Below, piece after piece: positions 12,050 to 25,906 of a stretch of 64,000 nucleotides of DNA. The translations under genes and the position numbers were made by a program. Every line of letters begins with the position of its first letter. Position 1 is the stretch's first letter. This stretch comes from Oopsacas minuta (lineage: Eukaryota; Animalia; Porifera), in the NCBI GenBank assembly GCA_024704765.1, contig JAKMXF010000222.1, forward strand, positions 930,001-994,000, in the 5' to 3' direction. The notes beneath the pieces were generated by a model. The model saw only the letters and a program-made list of their open reading frames with translations, had not been told where the DNA came from and searched no databases.

Positions 12050-13983
12050 GATAAAGTGCATTTATGTGGTGAATTTCAGTTCTGGGACAATGCCCATTTC
12101 AATCATTACGGAATTTTGAATCTAATGGCTTAGCACACTAAATGTACACCCAAAAACACAAACTAACGCAATATATAGAGATGAATGGGTACTACAAGAG
12201 GACAATAGTCCAGTACACACCAGGAAGGCGGAAAAGGCCTGGAAGATGGATTTTACCGCCGAACTTATCGACTGGCCCCCTAACAGCCCTGATTTGGCAC
12301 CAATAGTGAATGGTTGGGCAGTTTTAAAAAAAGAAGAGCTATTAAAGTGCTCTATTAATACAGGGGTGAACTAAAGGAAGAAATTTTAGAGATCTAGGAA
12401 TAATTTGATCCTATTTTGCTGACACCTTCCTCCCTATCAATGGACCAGAGAATAGCCCAATTCCTAAAGAATACAGGGTGTCCCATAATTATTGCCCTAT
12501 TGTGTAAATGTCTATAACATTCAAATATCATTAATTAGATATATTATTACTTTCATATATATCCACTCTTTAGTAATATACATTTTTCAATTCTTTTTGG
12601 CATGCCTTCTATTAACTTTTCCAAAGTATTCGGACATATCTCAGACCATGCTGATTTTAGCATATTTTTAAACTCCTCCAATCCTGGAGCAGGTGTCTTC
12701 CTATCAAGTTGATCCTGGAGTATTCCCCATACATTTTCTATTAGACTTAGGTTTGGGGAATTCGCCGGCCATTCGCCCTTCCCCCAAAAATATTTTAGAT
12801 TCGCCTTACATCAATCTTGGGTTCTCTTGGCTGAATGTGCAGGAGCTCCGTCTTGTTGGAAAATATATTTTGACATGTTTGGTAACATTTTCCTAGTTAG
12901 TAAATCGCCCTTCTTAGGTTTTCTGTTAAGTGCATTTAGGCAAGTATTTTCTAGAATTTCTTTAAGATAATAATCTGCACTCACAGTTTGTTTTGGGGGT
13001 AAAAAGTGAAGTTCAGACAAAGCCTGGGAGCTCATCATCCCCCAAACCATAACCCGCAGGGAATATTTGACGGTTTCAAAATTTTGAACCTTGAGCTTAC
13101 TATGTGCCCAGATCCTGTCATTATATCGGTTTGATAGATGAAATACCTCAAACGGCGATTCATCTGACCACAGGACTCATTTCCAATCATTCACTGTCCA
13201 AACTCTTTTCTCCAGGCAAAAATTTAATCGTCTTTCTTTTTGTTTGTCGGTCAATTTTGGAGATTTAGTCCTCTTATAGGCCCAAGCTCCAAGGTCCTGC
13301 TTCAAATATCTATGGACAGTGTTTTTAGAGACAGGATTACCGATTCTTGCAAGTTCTCACGCCAATACCCTGATTGATTTATACCTTTCTCCAAAGATTT
13401 ATAGGTTACTATCTTTGATATCCTGTTTAGCTTTTTGAGCGGTCCTGCACCCTTTTTGTGCTGAAGGCTCTCATTTCGTTTATGTTTAGCCCACCAGCGT
13501 CTAATGGTCCTAATATCTCTTCCAAATATTTCAGCTACAGTCTTTTGGGAAAAACCTTCCGATAACTTGATAAGAGCTTGATTTCGAATCTCAAATTTTG
13601 CTAACTGGACATCCATACCTTGTTAGATTGTTGTTACTGATATAGAAAATATACTACATTGACTAGTGCATAAGGAAAGTCGTTGTATCAAGTTAACTAA
13701 CTTAATAAGGTTGGTCAATAAATTTATAAAAGAAAACTAGACAATTGTACGATATTTTAGAAATATTGATGAAATGAAACTAAATGCTGATAGGGCAATA
13801 ATTATGGGACACCCTGTATGCGTAAGAAAATTAAATATTAGGCTACTCGATACATTGGACTGTATTTTATGTGCTAACTAAGCTAATCTCATCCAATGAT
13901 AAACAAACAATTAAATACATCTTAGCAACATAAGGATATCTATACTTAAGTCCTAATACTGCCAATAATTTTCGAAATTATTG
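12050..13983 (+). mobile_element. 5'-truncated Tc1 relic related to the 14592 element, interrupted by the 12474-13816 element
   Basis: WVLQEDNSPVH and IDWPPNSPDLAPI at about 12185-12310. The C-terminal KKIKY* resumes after 13818. A degenerate right TIR actgccaataatttt...tgta ends at 13983. Confidence 0.7.
12474..13816 (-). mobile_element. Complete Tc1-like DD37E element with a disrupted transposase
   Basis: Perfect 27 bp TIR CAGGGTGTCCCATAATTATTGCCCTAT with TA TSD. WSDESPF, FQQDGAPAH...WPANSPNLSLIEN with 37-residue spacing; in-frame TGA replaces a Trp. Confidence 0.9.
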
Positions 13984-14591
13984 TACAACCTTGTAAATTT
14001 TGTCTAAACTTATAATTACTAGATTTAAACTGCCGTAGCAGACAATAGAATTAAGCCGTATCAAAAATGTTCATACAAATAATACCATAGTGCTCTATTC
14101 TTGATGGTCAATATAGAAAACATCATTATTCAGAGGATATGTTATTAAAATTGAAATCTAAGCATTCTGATAAATCAGTTTCCAAGATTTCTAGCATATA
14201 CTCACAATTATGTTTGAAACTTTACAACCCTGCGTCGCTTAGCAACCCTATCACCATATGTACAATGGATATAAATAGTATAAAGTTGCAGAATGCGTCA
14301 GAAGTAGGAAATACTCAGCAATACTCGTACCATCTTGTATCCTAATCAGAAGTCTACATTCTGAGGTTTGCAAACATGCAGAATGCAAATTTGACATGGA
14401 ATATACTCTAAGCCCTACAGTTCAACGTATTGGCCATTCAAGAATAGACGAGATTAGTAAGATTTGTAGGTAAATCATAGCAGTAGCTAAATTCTTTTAT
14501 TCAGGCAGGGTATGCATCATGAGAATGAAATAACTTCATGCAAAAATTAAATGTGGTGTTGATCATGTTTCACATTGCAGATAAGGAATTA

Positions 14592-15964
14592 CAGTGCGTT
14601 CGGAAATTATTGGCAGTGAATTTGATTTGGTTCCATTCAATATCTATGTTAAGAATGATCAAAATCATATGATTTCTAATAATTCGGTACTCTCTCAAAT
14701 AGAATATACATGAGCAACTAACAAATAGCTAATAATTTATCTTCTTACCGCCACCTTTGATGCATAACCGAATTCTTTTGTCCATTGATAGACAAAATGG
14801 CTTTAAAAATTCAGGGTCTAATGTGTTCCATATCTCCAAAATAGCTTCTTTCAACTCATTAGAGCTATTAAATCTCTTTTTGAGGAGTCTCTTCTTTAGT
14901 ACAGCCCAAAGATTTTCAATTGGGTTCAGATCAGGGCTATTGGAGGGCCAGTCGATCTGATGTGGGACAAATTCCTGTTTCCAAGCCTTTGCTGCATTTC
15001 CTGTATGTATAGGACTGTTATCTTCCTGTAATACCCATTGATTTCCGTATAAAGCATTAGCTTCTTGTATAAGACACTCATTTAGAACTGTTTTGTATCG
15101 TTCCTGGTTGAAGTTTTCGGTAAAAACTTTGAGGTTTGTTTTGCCCATTACTGAAATACCACCCCAAATATGTAGCTTCGCTGGATGTTTGAAAGTTGGC
15201 AGGTTAATGGGCTGTCCTTTCTTTGTCCATACATATATCTTGCCTGAATTCATCCATATAGAGCATTCATCAGTAAAGAACACTTTAGACCAGTTCTGAC
15301 TCCTCATTCGTTTACACCATTCTATTCGTTTAGTAATATGGAGTTGCGACAAGGCTGGAATTCTTACTACCTGGCGATATTGTAAGCCTCTCCTCTTCAT
15401 TTCCTCCAATAGTGTGCTTTTGGCAATTGGAGTACTCAATTTTGCTCGACATTCATTCAGAGTGATCCTTGGATTGTGTTGAACGAGTGCCATAATCCTA
15501 TTCCTATCAGACTTGTGCAATATTTGAGGTCGACCTGCTCCTTTCTTATGAGTCAAGCTCTTTTTGTCAGAAATAGACTTCAAAACACGATATATTGTCC
15601 GCTCTGGTATAGTTAGTCGTCTTGATATTTCAGTCGCTTTTGTCATCCCAGCATCAAAGAAGTCCTTTATTCTGATTCTATTCTTTTCCTGAGCCTTCAT
15701 ACCAAAATTGTGGAAAAATATTGTTAGTGAAAGTCGGAAAATATGGGTCTAAAATGTGTGAACAAAACTAATAAGCACATATTTAATGTCAAAGATCATT
15801 TGGGATAGATAAGGCAGAAAATTAGAATGTCAGTGGATCTATACATTATATTTCGAGTATATTATATGTTGCTATAACTTAGACGTCGTAAATGAGGTTG
15901 TTTTAGAATATTTGTAAAGGATAATGAAAATAGTATTTACTGCCAATAATTTCTGAACGCACTG
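14592..15964 (-). mobile_element. Complete Tc1 (DD34E) element with an intact ORF
   Basis: TIR CAGTGCGTTC(G/A)GAAATTATTGGCAGT, TA TSD on both sides, 1373 bp. Confidence 0.95.
14729..15700 (-). CDS. Tc1-family DD34E transposase, 323 aa, uninterrupted
   Basis: N-terminal HTH, GAGRP linker, FTDE, QEDNSPIH, WPSNSPDLNPIEN; 34 residues between D and E. Confidence 0.93.
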   Translation of the reverse strand: MKAQEKNRIRIKDFFDAGMTKATEISRRLTIPERTIYRVLKSISDKKSLTHKKGAGRPQILHKSDRNRIMALVQHNPRITLNECRAKLSTPIAKSTLLEEMKRRGLQYRQVVRIPALSQLHITKRIEWCKRMRSQNWSKVFFTDECSIWMNSGKIYVWTKKGQPINLPTFKHPAKLHIWGGISVMGKTNLKVFTENFNQERYKTVLNECLIQEANALYGNQWVLQEDNSPIHTGNAAKAWKQEFVPHQIDWPSNSPDLNPIENLWAVLKKRLLKKRFNSSNELKEAILEIWNTLDPEFLKPFCLSMDKRIRLCIKGGGKKINY

Positions 15965-16934
15965 TATCTAGACTTATGTTTCTGGGGTTAAAATATAATT
16001 GGGAGCGTAAAATTTGCGATCCTAAGAAAAATTGAAAAAGGAACACAAGGAGAGCACTCCGAATAATACATAAAACTTTCTGCTTCCAGGAAAATTATAC
16101 AGACCATGGAGGCATAGATAAAATATTATTCCAATAATCAATAATAACTTGGTAAAATTCAACTTTGACACCAAATCCACTTGGAAACATGAATATATAC
16201 CGCCTTCCTACACCCTGAAAATACATTATTATACAATAACTCTGACGATTATGTCGCAAAGATGATACTGCTAATATATGGCATTATTAATGGATGTGCG
16301 ATACTCTTTTGAAGATAACGTATCAAAATGATGCATCAGAGTACGCCATGGGAATTTTGGTATATTAAATGTTTCAAAGAGAATCATGCCATTAAGTTTT
16401 AGATTATTTCCAATTATTGTTAAATAATGGAAAAGATATGTCATCCATGGTCACTTCTATAGGTATGGAATATAGAAATACAATCAAGACTAACATGCTA
16501 CATTTGCATGAAAATATTGTTAGATCCCATAGAACATATTAAGTAAGTGTCCAAGTAGAAATTCACAATTTGCACAAAATTTACAAGGTTTTAAGTTTTG
16601 AATATTCGTTAACATATTTAGCAACTAAGCAATCAGATCGCGTCTTTTTTGAATTGGAAAAAGTTTAGATATCCATGGTGTATTGTCAATTATTAAGGAT
16701 ATATTTATCCGAGCACAAATATCCAATTAAATTGTATTGACAACTAAAAGAATTCCCTAAGTAGATGATGACTAACTAAACTTGTCCCTGGCCAAAATAC
16801 ATCAACTAACCATTGCAGTAACGTGATAGAATGCTATTGACAAGACAATCGGGTCAATGCACTCCCCATATCCAACTTCCCGTCCAATCGTAATAAATAT
16901 CGTGTGTCTGATAACTTCAGAAGTATTAACTATA

Positions 16935-18223
16935 CAGGGTGGCTGGTAAGTTCTGATACAAAGGATTTTCTCCATTATATTTTACACTTGGAATATAATG
17001 TTAATTTTGCATATACGACTATTTACTAATGTTATGATTCAATTACTAAAATTGTTATTCTATATATCCTCCTTTTTTGGAAATTACAGCCTTGAGTCTG
17101 GTAGGGAAACTTTCCACTGCGACACGCAGGATTTCCTGTGGTGTTTTCTCCCTTTCGCGACAGAAAGACTTTTACAGGGACTATATAGTGCTGTGTGAAA
17201 CCGAACAAGCCTTATTCTCCAAGATGGACCAAAGAGAATAGTCCACTGGATTTAAATCAGGACTATATCGAGGCCATTCTTCCTTTCGGATAAAATCGAG
17301 GATTTTGTCCTCTAACCAGTCCTGTGTGGTAATCGTCGTATGAGCAGAAACACCATCTTGTTGGAAAACATTGATTGGCTCAGATCTTTTACAACAGGCT
17401 CTAGGATCAAGTCCTAGTAAGTTTTCGCGTTGATTTCACTCCAGCAGGTACGAAAATCAATGGCGTGCGGCCAACAGCAGAGACACCAGCCCAAATCATC
17501 ACTGAGAGAGGTTTTATTTTCCGACTGATGCACCTAAACTTATCAGGGATCTCTGGGATAGCTATAGAGATCACACGATCATTTTGAACATTAGTAGCCT
17601 CAGCTATAGTGAAAATCTTTTCATCTGCAAAGATGATATTTTCGAGTCCGCCGGCAGCGTGTCTTGCAAGTAACGCCTTGCTTCTCAACAATCGTTTTGT
17701 CTTGACTAACTCTGAGGAGAAGTGTACTCTCTTTCTTTCAAAACAACGCATCTTCAAGCCACGGTGTACTACTTTTTGGACAGTTTGACGTGCAACTTTC
17801 AACTCCAAGGCCATTTTTCTCATGGATAACCGTGGATTTCGCCGAATCTGTTCTCTCATCCTCTTCTTGAGGGCTGCGGTTCTCACAGAATAAGAACGAC
17901 CAGATCTTGGTTTGTCGTTTGTGTCCCCAGTTTCATTGTAAAGTTTTATTGTGCTGTAGATGAATGCTCTCCGTACTTTAGCAATATTTAACATTTTTAA
18001 AATCTCAGGAGGGCTTTTCCCGCCTTGTATAATTCAACAATCACTGACCTCTCATGACTCATGGTTAATAGTATAAATTTTTGTGAAAAATGTAGGCTAA
18101 ATCGAATTTGAATGCATTAAGAAGGTTATATGAAAAGTCTTAGATAGTCAAAATACTGTAATACATTACGATCAAGGTTATATTGTAATTGATTTTTTGT
18201 ATCAGAACTTAGCAGTCACCTTG
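16935..18223 (-). mobile_element. maT (DD37D) element with a frameshifted transposase
   Basis: Imperfect TIR cagggtggctggtaagttctgatacaaa / caaggtgactgctaagttctgatacaaa. IFADEKIF, FQQDGVSAH...WPRYSPDLNPVDY with 37-residue spacing. Confidence 0.88.
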
Positions 18224-19192
18224 CATAAATTATCATGGATATCTAGAGTTCCTGAATATGAATGAGAATGTATCGGTGGACAAAATGCGACCATGATATA
18301 TACAATGGGCAGATAGGACAATAAATTTGCATCGCTCATATGACAAAATGATCAATTGTCAGAAAGTTCTTGAAAGAGGACACTTTGAAATATAAATCCA
18401 TTAATTTCTTCCAAAATTGACCAATAATTTAGAAGATATGGTGATATCAAGTGGTTAAGGCACTAAAAAGTGGCGCAACAAAATGAAAAATTTTCAGACA
18501 GCGCTGATCGATATTACTATCACTGCTGATAAACTACACCAATGCTTTCATCGTAGGGTCCAGGAGTTTTGAGTAGATTAAGTGAGCGACTACTATATTG
18601 AGGGAATTCAAGATACCTATAAGGACTATATTGAAGCTATAACAATATACTTATATAAGATATCATCCTTAAATCACTCTTTCACTATCACATAGCTAAC
18701 TGAATAGAATTAATATTACGGAAATCCCCAATGCATACCAATTATTATACAATAGCTTAGCTAGAATAAGTTTATATGTTGTTGCCAGAATGGATATCGG
18801 AACATGTAGAAAACAAGTGCCATCATCATCGTGTCGGGCGAGAGTAGCGAGCGAAACAATTTTTCCCAGATAAATAAATAATTAGTATAAATTAAAATGG
18901 GAGCATGAAATTCGCCGAAATTAGGGCGGCTGAGCAGCATATACCAAAATCAACATGTTTCTGTAAAATGAGCTACCAGGTAGGGGTAAAGTCGTCGAAA
19001 AATACTGAGAGAAGTACACTAGTAACTCACCATGGTGCAGAAGAACCTAGAATAACACTCTGAATAATACAAAATTTTAAATATTATTTGTCTAACAAAA
19101 AATTAGCAGAGGCTGGTGCCCCCTGCATCCCCTCCATAACACCTCTGCTGCGAGGCAAAACCATCCAGCAGACAAGTACCGATAGCCTAGGG

Positions 19193-21453
19193 CAGCGGTC
19201 TCAAACTGCTGGCCCGCGGCCGGATGCGCCCACAAGCTCACTTTTTTTGGCCCGCGAAGCGTTGATGGATTTAGAGCAATATATGTGCACTTTGGATCAC
19301 TTTGATCTTTTAAACATACCATGTATTCCATTCGTGATTGCCTTTATGTTTCTCCATTTATTTAAGATTCACCCTAAAATCTATACTTCATATGACATTA
19401 TAGAATGTTTGTGTCATTTATGCATTAAATAGTTTTGTTTCATTTCAGAAAAATGAACCAATTGTGTGAGAGTATATTTTTCTTAAAAAGTAACCGAGTT
19501 TGTTTACGTTATAATTTTTTGTCATTAGATTTTATCAATATGTTGCGAAAACGCAAGATTGACAATGAGAAACGTGGGTTTGATGAAGATTGGACGATAT
19601 AATAATTTTTTGAGAAGGTCCAAGGGTCTTCCTATTTGTATTATTTGTTCCTGGGATTGTACTGTGAACAAGGAGTGCAATCTTCGCAGACATTACCAAA
19701 CGCAACACAGCAAGAGATATGACGAATTCACAGGGTTGTTTAGAAATGAACCAGTGAAAAGATTAAGAACAGAAAGAATAGCCAAGAAATCAATGTTCGT
19801 AGACCAAAAACAAATGAGTGAAGTATTTGTGCGGGCTAGTTATCGTATATGTGAAGTTAGTGCGAATAGAACTCGGCCGTTTACGGAAGGTCAAATGATA
19901 AAGGACTGCTTGGCAATTGCAGCCGCTGAAGTAGCACCGAAACAACAAAATCTATTCTCAACAATCAGTCTGACCCCTAATACCATGGCATCTAGAATTA
20001 TAGAAATGGGAATAGACTTGACAAACCAACTTCAGAAGAAATCCGAAAGTTTCAAGTCTTTCTCGTTGACATTTGATGGCAGTACGGATGCCTCTGTCAC
20101 AGAACAACTTTCTGTGTATATTTGGGGTATCTACTCTCCTTTTGAAATCCACGAGGACATTATTGGATTGTTCCCAATAGATAGGAGGACCCAAGGAATA
20201 GATGTCAGGGTACTGTTAAGAGAATCATGGAACAACGACTTCCGTGTTTATTATGGAATCTTCTCTTTGTGATTGGAACAGATAGAGCTCCTAATATGAT
20301 TGGGTAAGAGATAGGATCTGTGAAATTATTGTTTGATGAGGTGGTCCTACTCAACATCGCTGTCTTTCCTTACATTGCATAATTCACCAGGAGTCCCTCT
20401 GCGGAAAGTCTCTCAAATATCAGAATGTAATGGATGTTGTTGTCAATGTCATCAACTTATTCATGCAAAAGGACTTAACTATAGACAATTTAAAGCACTG
20501 TTAATGAACTAGATTCACAGTATGAAGATATTCTCTATCATTGTGAAGTTCGTTGGTTGAGTCGAGGGCGAGTTTTGCAGCGATTTAATGATCTATTCAC
20601 CGAAATTAAAATTTTTATCATAGAAAAGATGTGAACCTAAAAACCAAAAATGGGGAACATGAGATTGAACAGATGAATAACAAAAACTGGTTGTTTGATT
20701 TTGCATGCCTCTCTGACATTACAGGTCATTTGAATGATCTAAATATCAGACTCCAGGGCCTAAGGAAATGTATTTCGCAACTTTGGAGCCATGTTAAGAA
20801 GTTTCATAGAGAAGCTCTCTCTATTTAGTCGTCAGGCAGAAAAGAATGACTTTCGCCATCTCCCTTCTGTGGTGAAACTCCTCAAAGATAATCCAGAAGA
20901 AGTCTTTATGACAAATAAGCTAAAACTAAATCTTAAAACCTTGAGCCAGAACTTTTCTCAACGTTTCTATGTGTTCCAAGAATATGAACATGAATCTCGC
21001 CAATTCGAGGATCCCTTCTCAATTAATGTTGCGGATTGTGAAGATAGTGGAGTGCAATTGGAGCTGATTGACCTCAAAAATCATGAACTGTTGAAGATCG
21101 CATTTTCAACAGGTGACTTAATCGCTTTTTATCAATTAATGGATGAGAAAGCATTTCCAAAGCTGAAAAGCCATGCATTATACATTGGAAGCATGCTTGG
21201 AGCGACTTATGTCAGTGAACAATCCTTTTCACTGCCATCCACTCCAAGATTATTGTGCATTTGTGACGTAATATTGTTATGAAGCAATAAATATTTTTCA
21301 ATGTAACAGAAAATACTAAACTAGACAAGAATTTCATACCATATACACAGCATATTAGATTGTATTTAATTGATAAAAGCTATCGTGAAGAATGATGAGA
21401 TTTAGTTGGCTTAGCCCGATTGATAGTGGAGGGCCACGTGTCTGACACCTTTG
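19193..21453 (+). mobile_element. hAT element (GTF2IRD2/SPIN/Buster-like transposase relic, about 19540-21280)
   Basis: Left end CAGCGGTCTCAAAC. Motifs KRKID, PICIIC...NLRRHYQTQH, SLTFDGSTD, HCIIHQE-like, CEVRWLSRG, GATYVSEQSFS. Right end is degenerate and no TSD was found. Confidence 0.85.
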
Positions 21454-23869
21454 AAATTTAAATTGATATAATACAGTGGGGCCAATAGCATCACAGAAAA
21501 TGGTGGAAACTAAGCTGATTACGCATACAACACGAAAAAGTTAGCATTGAACACATATAAACAGTAAATATATATAATTCCTGAAGCTTTAGTCTAAATT
21601 TCTCAGAAAATATGCAAAATATTACAAAAATTGAATGGCAATAACTGAAAAACTATAGGTGATGGAGAGAAATTGAATATTTTCGAAATAATGATAGTCC
21701 ATTCCCCAAAGAACAAAATTTGTTAATACAATTGAATATTTAATAAAATTTGTAGAGCAGTGCAATAATCCTTACAAATTTTGGAACACAAACTTAAACT
21801 GTAAGACTGTTAAATATACTTAAAATTTACACAAAAATAGAACAGAACCAATAAAATTAAAAGTTTGGGGTTTATGTATATAAACAATTGTCAACAGGAA
21901 ATCTCGTTTATGGAAATGCTGGTACGAACCCTGGAAATATGTGATTGTTGGGTTGGGGTTTTCGAATCACTAACTTTTAGGCAAATAGATTAATGTGGGT
22001 GAAATGGCTGGATGATTTGAACTAGAATTTTCCAGCAATATATCAAGATATGAAAAAGTGAAAAACGCTAAAGTCAGTAATAGAAATTTCAAATTATGGA
22101 AAATTTTGCAAAACACACCTCATACACAGATTCTAATTCAACAATAATTCGTTTGACAAAATACAGTAGAACTCGGAAATAACGTTTCCTGGCATAAAAC
22201 GTGTAAAATATTCTGAATTAAAATTTTCAGATTACATAGCATTCTCTGTAAATACAACTTGGTTATAAATTACATCTGTTATAAGGTACTTTGGTTATAC
22301 CATATTGTTTTGATCTCTCCATTTCGAGTACGTTATATCCGAGTTCTATTGCATAGTGAATACCTTCAGATATAATAACAAATCGGAATTTGATTTTAGG
22401 ATATTGAGAGTCGACATTCCTTTCTATTATGAAGTATATGGGTTTAATGCAAACAGGAGTCTTTGTAATCCTCCTGATAAAAGGTAAATATGTAATCTGT
22501 AGCATGGTTAACATGAAAAAGTAACCCATGACAGCAAAAAAACAAAAATGCTCTAAAAGCGTAGAATTACATGAAATTCTTGATACAACTTGCATTGGAT
22601 TGAAAAGAAATATTCTGCAAATCAATTTGGCTGAATGCCTAGCCATTTTCGTACATGTAGTAGAAAGTATGTGCATGATCAACGAAATTTCAGACTCAAG
22701 GTAACTAATACCATGTACATGTGTTAACCGCGCTAAGTCTAATCCGGAATCACCTTAGAATAGAATAGAACTGAAGACAACAAAACAATGTTGTAATACC
22801 TTCAAAATTAGATATCTTTATCCTCAGAGGAACATATTTTCTACACGACTCTCATAAATCATGCTAAAATATAATGAAAATTCAGCACAAACAATTGAAT
22901 TGCGACGCAAATACGAGCAAGCAATTAGGGTATCACAAAAAACAATATTTGAAAAGTTGATATCCGACCTCATTATCTGATTACTATAAATGTAAATCGG
23001 ACATCGTTTAGGGGTCGCGTAATTTACTATAATATAATATGTGGATTGTAATAAAAATTTTTGAAGATCCCTGATCTGCACCAATCGAGTTACTAAAAAA
23101 CAATTTCGATTATGGTGAGTATCGCAATCGTGTACTCAAGTGGTAGTTTCATGTCTGAAGATGCTGCACATCATAATGCAAATATGCATTGTTTTTGATA
23201 CATCAGGAGGAATTTCTGAAACAACAAAACATTGCCTATGGAGGCTACTAACAATCTCCATCGCTGATATCTAATAACTTACATTTTTGCATGTGAAAAT
23301 GTATTATCTCCAGACATGAGTGGACAATTAGGGTTCGTTTATTCACAAAGTTTCAACTAACTCAAAGGGCTCGGATCATGGATATTCGAAAACTTTCAAA
23401 GTCAGTTCGTATAGTTATAATATTGTAAATTGTGCGACCACTTAACGACGTGCATTATAATCAAATTTTCATAGGAATCATATTTGATTTAATTGAACCA
23501 CAATAAGAGGTTAGACATCAACTTCGTGAATGTTGCACTCGTTGAACGACCTACGAAGGCAACTCTCATGCAATATTGTAATTATGAACGAACAAGCCAC
23601 ACTCTGTGGATTAGTATCAGCTCATTCTAATCATATGTCAATCTATAATATTAAAACTCCATTATTATTTTTCTGTCTGTTTATCTGTTTGTTTATCCAT
23701 TGTCCCAAGAAAGATTTACGGGATGCAATTTTGAAAGTGTCGCACAACTATGTATTTACCCTGTTTCTCAAGGAAGCAAATAGATTCAATAAATCTTCAA
23801 CAGATATATCGAACATGCTGAATCCGATTTCACACTTTTGGATCAATTATTTGCAAATTTATTGCTGTT

Positions 23870-24880
23870 TCTATGAATATAAAGTAACAAATTATGCAAA
23901 TCTCAAAATATACGTACAGGCTTGCTCTAAACGGCTACACAGTGGTAACACTAGAGATGCACCGGATATCCGGATTCTATCCGGTATACAACCAATTTCA
24001 TTGATATGCCGGATAATACTATATATAGGAAAAATGCATGATTTATGTAATCAACGTATAATAACTCAAATGTCTAGTCCTAGATCTATTGTGCTATAAC
24101 AAACGTATCAAGACACTAATAATGGAAATCTAATAATCCTAAATTTTTCTGAAAGAGGAGATGTTCTCCTTTTTCAGGTAACAATCGATTGCGCCTTTCT
24201 TTAAATACAATTGCAGCACGATTAAATAATCTTTCACTATATCCTGAGCTAGGTGGAGTATCCAAATATTTAACAAAAGCATCCGGTATCCGGATTACCG
24301 GAAAATTAGAAGCCGAATGGGAAATTTTCATATTCGGTGCATCTCTACGGAACAATACGCTGAAACCGAAATTGCATATATAAGTTTTCCACATGAAAAT
24401 ATATTGTTGTTGTTATGAATATAAATTGAACAAAGTTCAAAATTGTTGAAGAAACATGGTTTCAATGGTTATACTGAGGTAATCGAGTAATCTGAGTCCA
24501 AATATGATATTGTAAACACCATTTTTCGTGAATATTTGTTAAACTTTAGGAACAAAAATAAACAAATTTCGAAATTGAGGTAGAATTATAATTTCAACGA
24601 CAATACTGGGGTAATCGAGTATGAGTCCGATATGATACTGTAAACAACATCTATATTATTGAATTTCACTTGTGGTTTGTCTGTTAGTTTGTCCGTTGAT
24701 ATGTAAATATATTGTTGTTTTTAGGATTAAGCTTGGACTAAACGGTTACCCAGGAGTAACTAAGTACGCTACATCCGAATTTCGAATTTTCAAGGTTCTT
24801 ACAAGAAAATATATAGTGTTATGTGAATATAAAGTAAACAAATTAGCAAAATCTCAAAATTTAGATAGATACTGCTCTCA
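23870..24880. repeat. Degenerate tandem repeat, unit about 135-145 bp
   Basis: Recurring aaacggctacacag-ggtaac-cagtacgctgaatccgaatttc...gaatataaagtaaacaaatt; the same unit recurs at 53330-53670. Confidence 0.65.
23952..24347 (-). mobile_element. 396 bp hAT deletion derivative retaining only the C-terminal dimerisation region
   Basis: TIR TAGAGATGCACCG at both ends, subterminal ATCCGG repeats, and TPPSSGYSERLFNRAA...RRNRLLPEKGEHLLF. Confidence 0.8.
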
Positions 24881-25906
24881 ACCGTTACAAAGGGGGTTGA
24901 TCTTACAAAATAATTCAATAAAATACATGCCATATAAGTATATTTGTGAATTACATTGTTCTAAATATATCCATTTCATAATACTCAAAGGGTCGTCAAT
25001 TTGGAGAATAATGGATATATCGAGGTGGAATATGCCGAGTGCATCGCGAAGCGAATTTGCAAAGGCTCGTGAGTAGGATATTTCAACGTAATGAAATAAA
25101 TAACAATAACCTATGAAGACAGCTTAGTATATAAATTAAATGTGCAAAAGTGTTACGATAAATTGGAGGCACCACGATAGGTGGTAGTAATCTCATTACA
25201 CATAGCGCCACTTTTAAAAAATATGAATAATTGGCAAAGCTGTCGGCATAAGTTGTAATTATATACTTTTCTGAGCGGAGCGAGGAATTCACATCTATCA
25301 AACACTATACTCACAATTTACTACGATATCCAGCCCAAATAATATTCAATTTGATTGCAATAATTATCAGTTGACTAAATAATATGAATAGAAGGGAATA
25401 CCTGAGAAGATTTCATCGTGCCAAGTCAAGAATGTGAAATTCGGTATCAGCATATTGAATTACCCCCTTATGTTGTCTGGAACAATCCTCTACCATTATT
25501 CAAAGTTTATATATTCGGGAAATACATTCCATTAAAATTATCCATGGGCTTTCACTGAAAAAAAACACAGAAAATATAGGAAACCATTCAATACTGGGGC
25601 ACTGTACTAAAGTATTGTCGGCACAGTAAAAGAAAAGAATAGCGAACATTTAGTACTCGATAATGAATAATAAAATATTGATGAAATAATAACTCACACT
25701 TGTTGATGCGTGTTTGAGTCCATGGGAACTTGAAAACTCTGGTCGCGAACGGGAATGTTGGCGTTTGGACATCTAGTTTGAATGGAGAATATAGAACATA
25801 GTAACAAGTGGAAAAAATTGTGTGCACATCAATTCAAAATTACGTACGGGATGGCTATACTATCAACAAGTACATTTCATTTGTTGATATGGGTTTTCCT
25901 CTGTAT

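Noticed and set aside
21474-21900. TA-CAGTGGGG start suggesting a Tc1-type MITE
   Set aside because: No matching right TIR was found.
18830-25300. Short GAGCGAAGCGAG-like motifs (18845, 25045, 25275; similar at 41530 and 43790) suggesting Helentron-type elements
   Set aside because: I could not define paired ends, a target site or a Rep/helicase fragment.
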